The notes: a model not told the origin generated them from the sequence alone. A stretch of 63,740 nucleotides of DNA, filler included, from Babesia bigemina (GCF_000981445.1; 15 parts of 15 records of this genome joined end to end with filler, not necessarily neighbours in it), one strand, 5' to 3'. Positions 1-12,190 are shown, numbered from the whole stretch's first letter. A program made the numbers and translations.

Positions 1-330
1 AAAGGGGCGATGTAGAGTGGGTTAGAAAGCGATGTAGAGGGGGTTAAGGGGCGATGTGGAGTGGGTAAAGGAGCGATGTAAGGTGGATAAAGGGGCGATG
101 TAGAGTGGGTAAAGGGGCGATGTAGAGTGGGTTAAGGGGCGATGTAGAGTGGATAAAGGGGCGATGTAGAGTGGGTAAGGGAGCGATGTAGAGTGGGCAA
201 AGGGGCGATGTAGAGTGGGTTAAGGGGCGATGTAGAGTGGGTTAGGGAGCGATGTAGAGTGGATTAAGGGGCGATGTAGAGTGGGTTAGGGAGCGATGTA
301 GAGTGGGTTGAGGGGCGATGTAGAGTGGAT
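1..330 (-). repeat. 22-bp minisatellite (CATCGCYCCYTWAYCCACTCYA)n, G-rich strand on +
   Basis: Tandem 21-22 bp units such as GGGGCGATGTAGAGTGGGTTAA; ends at the junction GGATAATAATCACCACT. Confidence 0.97.
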
Positions 331-352
331 AATAATCACCACTTAAGTCACC

Positions 353-720
353 ACTGTCATCGCTGCCGTGTTTATGTCATCGCTGCCGTGCCCATCAACT
401 GTCATCGCTGCCGTAACCACCAACTGTCATCGCTGTCGTGACCATCAACTGTCATCGCTGCCGTGACCATCAACTGTCATCGCTGCCGTAACCATCAACT
501 GTCATCGCTGCCGTGACCATCAACTGTCATCGCTGCCGTAACCATCAACTGTCATCGCTGCCGTGACCACCAACTGTCATCGCTGCCGTAACCATCAACT
601 GTCATCGCTGCCGTAACCACCAACTGTCATCGCTGTCGTGACCATCAACTGTCATCGCTGCCGTGACCATCAACTGTCATCGCTGCCGTGACCATCAACT
701 GTCACCGCTGCCGTAACCAC
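353..720 (-). repeat. 25-bp variant of the 20-bp satellite
   Basis: CAACTGTCATCGCTGCCGTRACCAY recurs with period 25 (421, 446, 471...). Confidence 0.95.
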
Positions 721-908
721 TAACTTGGTCATGTGCTTGGTCACCAATTTGGTAAGGTGGTAGGTCAGGTGGTTGATCAGCACTTTACTTATCTATTACA
801 CAATCACATACAACAATTAATGAGTGATACAAAACATTAGATTACAATTAGTTTTATAGGTGAGTAGGTGATGCTAGGTGAGTGTAGACAGTAAACACGT
901 GAGTACGA
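721..908 (-). other. Short degenerate 12-bp satellite plus class-alpha ves 3' flank
   Basis: TTGGTCA-type units at 721-785, then the conserved flank (sense TCGTACTCACGTGTTTACTGTCTACACTCACCTAGCATCACCTACTCACCTA...). Confidence 0.85.
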
Positions 909-2373
909 TTATGGCTGCAGATAAAACACTCTGTTAAGCTTGTTAACACGTGCAGCGGCGAGTAATGATTGCGCGGCGATACGATGTGATGAGGGACTAT
1001 GTAGATGCGATTTGATGTGGAGCAGGTCGAGCCGGATGACCATGATGTGGAGGAGGTAGAGGAAGGAGAGGAGCCAGAGGGCGACGTTGAGCCAGATGAA
1101 GGGTTCTCTGATGGTGAAAATGAATTCATCACATTGCTTAAACAGTTCTTCGAAATGTTGCGATTGAAGCACATTTTGCAACTGTTTTTGAATGTCGAAG
1201 CACGTCTTCTTCGTCGTTTTATCACCCAACAACCATGGCACGCCAAACCTGAATCCATAGCTGTACAGTGTCGGTGACACGCCTCTGCAAGCAACTAATG
1301 AGGGACACTTACAAGCCGACTGAGAGTCACCGTGTTTTCCTCGTCTGCAGGCATCGCCCTGCATACACGTTTTGCAGCCCCAATCTTGACAAGAGATGGC
1401 GCAGAGTGAATTGTATAAGCTGTTCAGCAGGTCCCAAAATGTCCACGGGAGATACACCGACCAGGAGAGGTAAGTGTCGGAATTTTTCCTGAGGAGGTGA
1501 CGATAAGTGTCGCTGCAGAGAGGTGAAAGGTATGGACCGCAGTGCTGACCGGGACATTCTACAGTCATCGACAGACTTGACAAGTCACCTCTTATAATTT
1601 CTTCTTCGGCTTTAGCAGGCTGTTCATTATGCTTTTTAGTCTCATGACTACTCTGACTGCTACCGTAAGCGTCACGAAGAGCATCAGTAAGTGTACTGGT
1701 CTCCTTGTAAAGACTAATGGACTGCTTATCTATTGATGTTGCAAACACTGATTGGAATCCGTTGTTGTATGTCGATGTCAAACCAGCATACCACCCTTTC
1801 ACCAGCGACAAAGTAAAGCCGAAATGTTCAGCCAATGTCGCCGGTGGACTCTGCGCCAGTGCAAATAAGCATGAAACGTCATCGGAATTCAGGAATTCAT
1901 CGAGTATTTTGCAAAGCACTTTACCGGTTTTGGTAGAGCCGGAGAAAGCCCTGAAACCAAGTGGCGTCAAACAGGGCATCCCCTTCGATTTGGGGGAGCA
2001 CGTTTTACACTCTGATTTGCAACCGATTGATTCCAACCTGTGAGGCAAATGTCCGGGTAGGCAATCGTTGAAGTAGCTCATCAATGGAGAAGCTGGCTGG
2101 CAGTTTGCCTGGGTGTTTGGTTGGCACGCTGCCTTGCACGTCGGTTGACAGTTTGCTTGGCACTTTGGTTGCTTTCTTGGGTGGTCCTCACACTGCCAAT
2201 TCGAGTGGTCGACTGCCTTGCCATATTGACAGTCACGCCATCCGTAGATTGATGACGGGTGACCGCACTGCCCTTCCAAGTATCTGAGAACGTACCACAG
2301 CCGGCGGAGTATGTCTAAGAACGTATGCAGGCAATCTTCGCCGCTCGCTGGGTACGTGAACCTGAGCGCATTG
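909..2373 (-). CDS. ves: ves-family variant surface antigen, C-terminal fragment (Cys-rich type 2, alpha tail)
   Basis: Frame is open to the gap. Cys-rich domain (PCLTPLGFRAFSGSTKTG), TM segment, and conserved tail RLDLLHIKSHLHSPSSHRIAAQSLLAAARVNKLNRVFYLQP. Confidence 0.85.
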
Positions 2374-2473
2374 NNNNNNNNNNNNNNNNNNNNNNNNNNN
2401 NNNNNNNNNNNNNNNNNTTAATTAATTAANNNNNNNNNNNNNNNNNNNNNNNNNNNNNNNNNNNNNNNNNNNN
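2374..2473. other. Artificial contig linker (44N-TTAATTAATTAA-44N)
   Basis: Six-frame stop linker. Identical linkers start at 9923, 14373, 17218, 20194, 23077, 26296, 29748, 33152, 37562, 41913, 47185, 51705 and 56911. Confidence 0.98.
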
Positions 2474-2607
2474 CAATCACCTAAGCAACGCACTCACCAA
2501 CTGCAACACTACCACTGCCGCCCCCAGTCCCCTCAACCTGCAAGCATATCAATCACCTAGCAAGCACTCACCAACTGCAACACTACCACTGCCGCTCCCA
2601 GTCCCTT
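2474..2607. repeat. Imperfect ~60-bp direct repeat (two copies, 76-bp offset)
   Basis: CAATCACCTA..GCACTCACCAACTGCAACACTACCACTGCCGC.CCCAGTCCC at 2474 and 2550. Confidence 0.9.
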
Positions 2608-3119
2608 CATCACCACTCACCCTCACCGTTGTATCCCCCCAGCCCAGGCCACCGACACCCACGCTGCCCAGGATACCACAGCTGCCCTGACGCAACGCAT
2701 GTCATCAGCACCAACTGTCCTTTAAATTATTCATTATTCGCAACGCCATAAAAATTGCAGCGAACCCCGTGCGCTCAACTCCCACAGTGCAGCAGCACCG
2801 TGCTACGAGCCGCGGTATAGACGCCATACTGGCGGAGCGTCTTGGCTACGTGCCTAAATGTGATATTAACAATGGCTACATTGCCGCCTATAAACGCTAC
2901 TTAACCAGGCCAACGCCGATTACGCCACGTGCCAGTGACTCGCAACACACGACTTAGGTCACCCGCCGCGGCCCTCACGACCGCCTACGTTAGCGACCAA
3001 TCACCCAGCCTCACGTGACACTGACTCAATGGGCAACGCGTACGCCTCTCACATTCAACGCATAACTCAACGCACCAGGCAATCAACGTGCTACAACACC
3101 CACCAAATTACGGTTCATC

Positions 3120-3385
3120 CGCCAGCTTACCACATAGCCTGTGTGCCAGCTTAGCACTTTGCCTGGTTGCTAGCTTAGCACTTAGCCTGGTTGCTAGGTT
3201 ACCACTTTGCCTGGGTGCTAGGTTAGCACTTTGCCTGGTTGCCAGCTTAGCACTTTGCCTGATTGCTAGCTTAGCACTTTGCCTGAGTGCTAGCTTAGCA
3301 CTTTGCCTGATTGCTAGCTTAGCACTTTGCCTGAGTGCTAGCTTAGCACTTTGTCTGGGTGCTAGGTCAACACTTTGCTTGGTCG
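3120..3385 (-). repeat. 24-bp satellite (beta type)
   Basis: TTAGCACTTTGCCTGGTTGCTAGC tandem units with period 24. Confidence 0.95.
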
Positions 3386-3524
3386 TTTAGTCATCACCTA
3401 ATCTCAACGCTATCTAGTTCACAGGTTGCCGCTAGAGTAATTCGAGACATTAGACTACGTTTGTCGGTTAGGTGAGTAGGTGATTCGCTAAGTGAGTTTA
3501 TGTGAATTACGAATGTGACGATGA
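3386..3524 (-). other. Class-beta ves 3' flank
   Basis: Sense TCATCGTCACATTCGTAATTCAC...GAATCACCTACTCACCTAACCGACAAACGTAGTCTAATGTCTCGAATTAC; nearly identical to 34790-34926. Confidence 0.85.
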
Positions 3525-6500
3525 TCACGGTTGTAGATACGATATCTTGGCAAGCCTTCCGACTTGCGCTGCAGCCAACAATGACTGCGCCGTTATCCTG
3601 TGCGATGATGGTGATCTCAGGTGTGAGCGTATGTGGAGCACATCCAGTCTGCCAACCATTACGCAAATGAGGTAGAAGATGGACAGCGACCAGAGTGCCA
3701 CGTTGAGCCATATAAACGGCTGTCTGATGGCAAATATGAATTCATCAATTTTTCTAATAAGTTCGACAAGTATAGACTCCTTATTAAATACGTCTTTGAA
3801 TGCCGCACAGAAATTTTGGCACGTGCGTTTTTTTGTCAGTCCTTCATTCCCGTTTAACTTGGCTTGCTGCAAAAACACGAACCCGTATTTTGACAAAGTC
3901 GGCAATGTCTTTTTGCATTGGACTATAGATTTACAATCGGTATGATGTTCCTTTGGGGTTGGCGGTTTTATAAGCCTTGGACATTCCTCAACACAGCATG
4001 TGGTTAAGCAGTTGGATCCCTTTGGACCGCAGTTAGAGTTGCACTCGTCATATAATTTTTTGAGTAAATCGTAAAAAGTTGCTGTCTGATAGACAATCCA
4101 TGATAGGTATTTATCGGCATATTTAGCTGCATATATATCTCTGATACCGCTATTGATGGGATACAGATATGGCCCACATACGACTGATTCTATTGAAGTG
4201 CATACGAGACTGCCGAGGCTACCGCCCGAATGCCCCTGCCACACTGCGGAGTGACTAGGGGAATATAAGTTATGCACTATGAGCTCATCATATTTGTTCT
4301 CGAAGTGCGCTGCGCTGACGGCCTTGTCAAATGCGCCCTGTCTATGGTCGCTACGTTGCGTGTTCCAGCCGTATATATAATTATAATAGAAAGCAAACAT
4401 GTCACCTAGCGTCTGCGGAGGTTTCTGCAAAAGACACATGAAACCAGCGCACAGTGAGCGGAGGTGAGATTTTTCACCACAGAAATCTTTTAACACTTGT
4501 ATGAGATGGTTACCTTTCTTCGTATGCGATGCCAGTTGACTGATATCAGAAAAGCCCATTGGTGTCTTGCATGGCAGGCCGCGGTGATTGGACACAGTAC
4601 ACTCCAATTTACACCCAGGTTTAGTAAAAGAGTGCGGCAAGAAACCTTGTAAACCATCTTCAAGGAACGATTGCAAAGGAGACTTCAAACCGCACTTAGG
4701 GTGCGAATCACACGTTTGGTCAGCACTTTGGTTGCCTCTTTGGCCAGCGTTTTGGTCAGCCAGTTGGGGACAGTTTTGGTTAGGACACTGCTTGGTGTTA
4801 CAATTCCATCCGGATCCACCGACTCCACGGCCATACCAGCAATCGGCCCATCCGCTGCTATCGGTACCGTTCTCGCACTGACTATATAGGAACCGGAACT
4901 GGTGATACAATCTTTCCGCTATGTCGACAAGCATATCGAAGCACGCACTACCACTGTTAGGGTACAACAACTTTTCTTCGTTGGTGCTGAAGTCGCAAGC
5001 GTAGCGGCCACCTGCGTGACCGTGTCCTTGAATGGCGACAACACGTCATGGCAAAATATGGAAGCATGTATCAGCGCTTTGCCCGCCAGGTACACATATG
5101 TGATATCTTTGGTTGCTGAGAGTTTAACTTCGCTGGATGGAATGGCCTTAATATCTTTCCCTTCGTTTTCCTTACTTCTAGGAAATAGGTCCTTGATGCA
5201 GAGGTAAACTGGTGTAAGAATGGGATTATAGCGCAGCCCGTTGAGCCATTGCAGCATTTGATAGATATTACGCGGTGCTTTGGCAGACGGAATATGTTCC
5301 AGGTGACGTACGTGGTAATATCTCTCGAGATGTCCGAAAAGGAATTCAAGTATATGAAGGAGGGTTATATCACTGCCATTGGGTTTAGTTTTCACCTTAT
5401 TTTTCGCATCCTTTTCTTTCTTCCAATCCACAATTACGCCACTTTTTATGCCAAGATTTTTGCTAATTAAGTTCTTATTTATGTGGTCACCCTTCATTTT
5501 TGCTTTGTCATCCAGCAACTCACCGGTCTGCTTGCCGTCCTCTGAATTTACTTCGTAGCCTTGCTTTTGGAAAAACTGTCCAAGAGAATTGTTTCCACAT
5601 GTATTTATGGCTATATCCTTCCATGATGTCGCACATTCATGCTGTAGGTCCTTCAAAGTGTGGCCTAAGATGCGGATAATGCTAAAAAATACCTTAGATA
5701 AATTTCTGCCGTCATCTGTCAACTCAACTTTTGTACCAGATTTTCCATCGGAAATAGTCTTAGTAATAACCAATTTACTCAATTTATCAATCCCCTCCCC
5801 TCCATCATACCCGTTCACATACACCCTCCCCATCTGCTCGACAAACCCCTTCAGCCCCGCTCTGACCGCATCGAGCAGCTCCGGGTGCCGGGGGTTAGAG
5901 AAGGCGGAGGGGGATAGGAGGTGGAGGGAGGAGGAGAGTAGATTATGCTTTTTGGTGTAGGTATCATCAAATATATATGTTCTAGGTGCCTTAACTTCTG
6001 TTTTTAGATGAATGAGCAAATCGTCCACCGCGCTTTTAATGTCGTCCACTTTTTTGGATTCCTCAGTCTGTTCGACTTTAGACGGAGGTTGGCTCCTAGG
6101 CTGCGGGGGATTTTTCACGTGATATTGTATGTAGTTTAAGATGTTGTCTGCATAGGATTTAAGTTTTTCAGATACGCTGCTAAAGTCTTTAGGGGTGAAT
6201 TTACTCTTCAACGGTTCTAGCAAATTTGTTCTCAGAGACTCATTAAACTTGGGTAGGCCATATTTACCGAGAGCAAATGGTGCACCTTTCATTGATTTTA
6301 GAAGACCTTTTATTCCCGTTGATTCATCCTCGTCCAGCAGATTAGCAATTTTGCGCAGTTGTCCTTCCAATAGTGCACGCAATGACATCAGATTAGCTCG
6401 ATGTGTATTGGCAATTAACGATTTAATCTGTTTATCGACTTCGTCAAAAGCGTTGTTGGTGGCTTGGAGTAGATCTTCCTTCAGCTTGTCGACGGATTCT

Positions 6501-8971
6501 TGGATCACACGATTTGCGTGATTGAGTGAAGTATCGAGGATATTTATTGATTTATTCAAAGCTTTATCAGCTTCATTCATCGTGGTTTCAAATTCATTCA
6601 TTCTTTCCAGTAACCTCATAAATTGATCGTTGAATTTGGTCATGACCACGTCTGCATTTTCACGCTTCTCATCAACAAAACCCGGGACTCCTTCGACCGT
6701 AGTAACAATCTCCAACGCTCCGTCGATGACGTTAGATAGTTTGGTTTGTGCTTCTTTAAATGTTTGCATTTTGCTTTCAAGATCTATTTGCTCAGCATTT
6801 TCTCCAATGTTCGTGTTGAGTACACCATCGACATTAAGGTCGTAATTGTCCTTCGTGAAGCAGCTCTCAATCGAATTGATATCATTGTCTACAATTTCCA
6901 GTGCTTTGTTGATCATGCCGCCAAACTGTCTAGGATCACCGATGTCTAATTGACTGTGTAGAGTCTTAACAGTTGTCATGGCACCGAGCATATTAGTGCC
7001 AATGGCGGACTTATCCAAGAACCGCTGCAGTTCGTTGGCAACTTGTCTAGCAGTGGTTGAAAGAATTATAAGTATCCGTTTAATGGTTTCGGTTAGATAA
7101 ACTTTTGGAATGGTGGAGGAGGGAGGTGATACCTCTAGCTGGACCTCAATCGCAACGGCTATGGTATCAAAGCTAACCTCACCTCTCTTCTGCTGATCAA
7201 GTTTCATATCTATTCCGTCAGCACATTGCGTACAACCAGTCTGAACAGCTTTCAAATATTCTTCAATCTTGTCTGTGGTGTCTGGTTTGGTGGCAGCGGC
7301 TTCTATACCTAGTCTGACATCTCGAGCGGCATCGTCAAACACACCGGTTTTGAATTGCGATATAATTTGTTGTGAGACTATCACATTAGCCGTCTTGCTA
7401 AATTCAGTACCTTCTTTGTATTTCTGTTGCAGCTTTGAATTGCCAGAAATGTACTCCTTAACCTTCTCATTAACGAAGTCATTGTCATTCAATATCTCCA
7501 CAATCCACTCCTCCACTGTTTTTTCGAAATACGTCGCATCTTCAGCCCTTTCACTAAAACCCTTTGCATATTCTAGCACACCCGCTACGATTTTGCCTAG
7601 ATAATTGGCTCCTCCTGTTCCACCTTCATCATGGAAGTCTTTAAGCAGATTCTTAATTTTATCTTTAAGTTCCATCCATTTCGTATTCAGATCTTCCCCT
7701 TTCGGCGCTTTCGTTCCGTGCTTGCCAACCTTTGCTTTCAAACTTGTAAACGCCTCCTGAGCCTGTTGTACGCTCTGCTGCAAACTATTCTTTATACCGC
7801 TTTTCAAGGATAACAGATCTTCTTTCACTCTATCATTCAGCGCCGTCAACTGTCGATTAATATGTATAACATCTTGTTTGAGCTTGGACATACCGTCCAC
7901 CGCAAAACCACCGTCATTTTTATCCACATTGATCAAGGCCGCTTTGATTTGTCTAAATATGTTCATAATATTCTCCCTGTATGATTTGTCAAAATTATTG
8001 AAACGGTCGCCTATATCCTTCTTTGACGCCTGCAAAGCTTTATTAATTATCGCAAGCTGGTCTCTTTTTCTATCCTTATATTCGCCTAATTTCTTACCAA
8101 CGTCCTTAAGCTCGTTTGCCGCTGTTTGTTTCACTTTCTTACTCTCGTCGATTATAATACCTGCCATATATGCTTTCTGTCTCTCCAAGGTCACGTCAAC
8201 GTGCCTCGCCTGATCACGTAGCGAGCTGTCCAGGCTAACATTATGCAAATGCTCAGCAACTGCTTTTACTAAGTATAATTCACGCGTCACATTACTTTTA
8301 ACTAATTTATCTAAATTAGCAACGTAATTGTTTTCTATGATATTAAAGTTTGTAACAATGTCCCCTACTGTGGTCTTCCACTTGGACAACTGGGTCTCCA
8401 GCTTCTCACCCGCAGAACCTGCAACACCATGAGTGTATGTACCTGCAATTTTGGTTTTCAACTCACCTAAAAACTCTGTGACGTTGCTTGCTTTTTTGCT
8501 GTATTCTAATTCATACCCCTCCAACCACTCCTTCACCGCGCCGACAGACGCCGCAAGCCCATCACGCCCGGAGCCAATATTTTCATTAAGAGTCTTAATT
8601 ACATCTTTAAGCTTTTCAGTCATCATATTATCGTACGTTCTAACCGCATCATCATCTTTCACCCCCTCAAGCACACCACTCAAAAATCCCATCACTGCAT
8701 CACACAGCCTATCCAGGTCAGAGTACACAATCCCAGTGCCGTCGTAGCCTTTGGAGTCTTTATCGTAACCAAGAAATGTCTGAAGACCGGTGCAGAGGTT
8801 ATTAAAAATGTTAGTAGGGTTGTTATTTGAGATATTTTTGAGGTTTTAAATTTTGTCAAATTTCTTGTCAAGCTCCCTAGGCGGCACATGGTCAGGGCAG
8901 TGGCAAGAGGTGGAAGGAGGGGGGTGAAGGGTGACAAGGCACAAGTTATTGCTATGGTTTATAGAGGTCAT
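3525..8971 (-). pseudogene. ves: Near-complete ves-family gene, interrupted (Cys-rich type 1, beta tail)
   Basis: Leader ATG at 8971 is in frame but hits TAA at 8848-8846. ORF 4919-8728 and ORF 3525-4970 are joined by a 1-bp frameshift near 5040 (restores VAIQGHGHAGGRYACDFSTN). Tail is RLDVLHIRSHLRSPSSHRITAQSLLAAAQVGRLAKISYLQP. Confidence 0.8.
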
Positions 8972-8998
8972 AGCGGTATTATGGCGAGGTAATTCGAG
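8935..8998 (-). promoter_or_regulatory. Conserved ves leader element
   Basis: CTCGAATTACCTCGCCATAATACCGCTATGACCTCT...AATAACTTGTGCCTTG. Copies at ~12190, 24281, 24422 (diverged), 27847, 31855, 38134, 45328 and 63286(-). Function is unknown. Confidence 0.6.
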
Positions 8999-8999
8999 G

Positions 9000-9492
9000 G
9001 ATGTGGAGTGGATAAAGGGGCGATGTAGAGTGGGTTAAGGGGCGATGTAGAGTGGGTTAGGGAGCGATGTAGAGTGGATAAAGGAGCGATGTAGAGTGGG
9101 TTAGGGAGCGATGTAAGGTGGGTTAGGGAGCGATGTGGAGTGGATAAGGGAGCGATGTAGAGTGGATAAGGAGCGATGTAGAGTGGATAAAGGAGCGATG
9201 CAGAGTGGGTTAGGGAGCGATGTAGAGTGGGTAAAGGGCGATGCGGAGTGGATAGAGGAGCGATGTAGAGTGGGTTAAGGGGCGATGTAGAGTGGATAAA
9301 GGGGCGATGTAGAGTGGGTTAGGGAGCGATGTAGAGTGGATAAGGGGCGATGTGGAGTGGATAAAGGGGCGATGTGGAGTGGATAAGGCAGCGATGTAGG
9401 GTGGGTTAAGGAGCGATGTGGAGTGGTGAAAGGGGCGATGTAGAGTGGGTAAGGGGCGATGTAGAGTGGATTAGGGAGCGATGTAGAGTGGA
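9000..9492 (-). repeat. 22-bp minisatellite
   Basis: Tandem GGGGCGATGTAGAGTGGATAAA-type units. Confidence 0.97.
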
Positions 9493-9508
9493 TAATAATC
9501 ACCACTTG

Positions 9509-9922
9509 TGACCATGTCATCGCTGCCGTAACCATGTCATCGCTGCCGTGACCATGTCATCGCTGCCGTGACCATGTCATCGCTGCCGTAACCATGTCAT
9601 CGCTGCCGTGACCAGTCATCGCTGCCGTGACCAGTCATCGCTGCCGTGACCATGTCATCGCTGCCGTAACCATGTCATCGCTGCCGTAACCATGTCATCG
9701 CTGCCGTGACCATGTCATCGCTGCCGTGACCATGTCATCGCTGCCGTAACCATGTCATCGCTGCCGTGACCAGTCATCGCTGCCGTGACCAGTCATCGCT
9801 GCCGTGACCATGTCATCGCTGCCGTAACCATGTCATCGCTGCCGTAACCATGTCATCGCTGCCGTAACCATGTCATCGCTGCCGTAACCATGTCATCGCT
9901 GCCGTGACCATGTCATCGCTGC
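9509..9922 (-). repeat. 20-bp satellite (ATGGTYACGGCAGCGATGAC)n
   Basis: Period 20 with occasional 19-bp units; runs into the gap. Confidence 0.97.
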
Positions 9923-10022
9923 NNNNNNNNNNNNNNNNNNNNNNNNNNNNNNNNNNNNNNNNNNNNTTAATTAATTAANNNNNNNNNNNNNNNNNNNNNN
10001 NNNNNNNNNNNNNNNNNNNNNN

Positions 10023-10501
10023 GCAAAAACTGCAAAACCAGTTGCACTGTCTACCCAAAAACAACATGACCAACTCTGCAAAACTATAGCTAGATGCCCT
10101 TCAGTCGACCAACATTGTATAAGTACGGGTTCGTATTAAATAGCTTGACGAACCTGAGCGGTGCGGAGTATATTGAAACAAAGCGTACTTGTGGAGACTT
10201 ATGCAAAACATTAGAGAGAGTGCTCAACAAGAAAGAATCAGCTGAAGCACCGCTTGCAACCTTGATATACAGAACAATTCCAAATTTCTTATGGGAAATA
10301 CGTAAACCATTCTCCTACCTTGTCCTAGCCCTCTGGCTCCTCTCTCTCCTGTACCTCCTCCACATCATGGTCATCCGCCTAGACCTGCTCCACATCAAAT
10401 CGCATCTACATAGTCCCTCATCGCATCGTATTTCTGCTCAATCACTACTTGCTGCTGCACGTGTTAACAAACTGGGCAGGGTGTTTTACCTGCAACCGTA
10501 A
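10023..10501 (+). CDS. ves: ves-family C-terminal fragment (alpha tail)
   Basis: PTLYKYGF...KRTC...TM and ...KLGRVFYLQP. Apparent homopolymer frameshift near 10097. Confidence 0.8.
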
Positions 10502-10627
10502 TCGTACTCACGTGTCTACTATCTACACTCACCTAGCATATCACCTACTCACCTAACCAATGAATTGTAATTTTATCTGTTGTATCACTCATTAATCGTT
10601 GTATGTGATTGTGTAATAGTTAACTAA

Positions 10628-10890
10628 TGTGCTGACCAATGTGGTGACCAATGTGATGACCAATATGCTGACCAAGCACCTGACCTAAGTGCTGACCAAG
10701 GTGCTGACCAAAGGCATGCCCAAAGTGGTGACCAAAGGCATGACCAAAGTACTGACCAAAGGCATGACCAAAGTGGTGACCAAAGGCATGACCAAGGTGC
10801 TGACCAATGCCATGACCAAGTTGATGGTCACGGCAGCGATGACATGGTTACGGCAGCGATGACATGGTCACGGCAGCGATGACATGGTGA
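10628..10890 (+). repeat. 12-bp satellite (GTGCTGACCAAA)n followed by short 20-bp satellite
   Basis: 12-mer units at 10628-10820; junction CCAAGTTGATGGTCACGGCAGCG; 20-mers at 10824-10890. Confidence 0.93.
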
Positions 10891-10908
10891 CCTAAGTGGT
10901 GATTATTA

Positions 10909-12190
10909 TCCACTCCACATCGCCCCTTAACCCACTCCACATCGCCCCTTTATCCACTCTCCATCGCCCCTTTATCCACTCTCCATCGCCCCTTTACCCA
11001 CTCTACATCGCCCCTTAATCCACTCTACATCGCCCCTTAATCCACTCTACATCGCACCTTTACCCACTCTACATCGCTCCTTAACCCACTCTACATCGCC
11101 CCTAACCCACTCTACATCGCCCCTTTATCCACTCTACATCGCCCCTCTATCCACTCCACATCGCCCCTTATCCACTCTACATCGCCCCTTATCCACTCTA
11201 CATCGCCCCTTAATCCACCCTACATCGCTCCCTAACCCACTCCACATCGCTCCCTAACCCACTCTACATCGCCCCTAATCCACTCTTCATCGCTCCCTAA
11301 TCCACCCTACATCGCTCCCTAACCCACTCCACATCGCTCCCTAACCCACTCTACATCGCCCCTAATCCACTCTTCATCGCTCCCTAATCCACTCTACATC
11401 GCCCCTTTATCCACTCTACATCGCCCCTTATCCACTCTACACCGCTCCCTAACGCACTCTACATCGCCCCTTAACCTCCTCTACATCGCCCCTTTATCCA
11501 CTCCTCATCGCTCCTCTATCCACTCTACATCGCTCCTTAACCCACTCTACATCGCTCCTTAACCCACTCTACATCGCTCCTTTACCCACTCTACATCGCT
11601 CCTTTGTCCACTCTACATCGCTCCCTAACCCACTCCACATCGCCCCTTTATCCACTCCACATCGCCCCTTAACCCACTCTACATCGCCCCTTTATCCACT
11701 CTACATCGCTCCTTAACCCACTCTACATCGCTCCCTAACCCACTCCACATCGCCCCTTTACCCACTCTACATCGCCCCTTTACCCACTCCACATCGCCCC
11801 TTTACCCACTCTACATCGCCCCTTTACCCACTCTACATCGCCCCTTTACTCACTCTACATCGCCCCTTTACCCACTCTTCATCGCCCCTTTACCCACTCT
11901 TCATCGCTCCCTTATCCACTCTACATCACCCCTTATCCACTCTTCATCGCTCCCTAACCCACTCTACATCGCTCCTTAACCCACTCCACATCGCTCCTTA
12001 ACCCACTCTACATCGCTCCCTAACCCACTCTACATCGCCCCTTTATCCACTCTACATCGCTCCCTAATCCACCCTACATCGCTCCCTAACCCACTCTACA
12101 TCGCTCCCTAACCCACTCCACATCGCCCCTTAACCCACTCTACATCGCCCCTTTACCCACTCTACATCGCTCCCTAATCCACTCTACATC
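10909..12190 (+). repeat. 22-bp minisatellite (~1.3 kb)
   Basis: CCACTCTACATCGCCCCTTTAT-type units; an internal 87-bp higher-order duplication at ~11211-11385. Confidence 0.97.

Noticed and set aside
2418..2429. Recurrent palindromic TTAATTAATTAA
   Set aside because: Always centred in 44N+44N; an artificial six-frame-stop contig linker.
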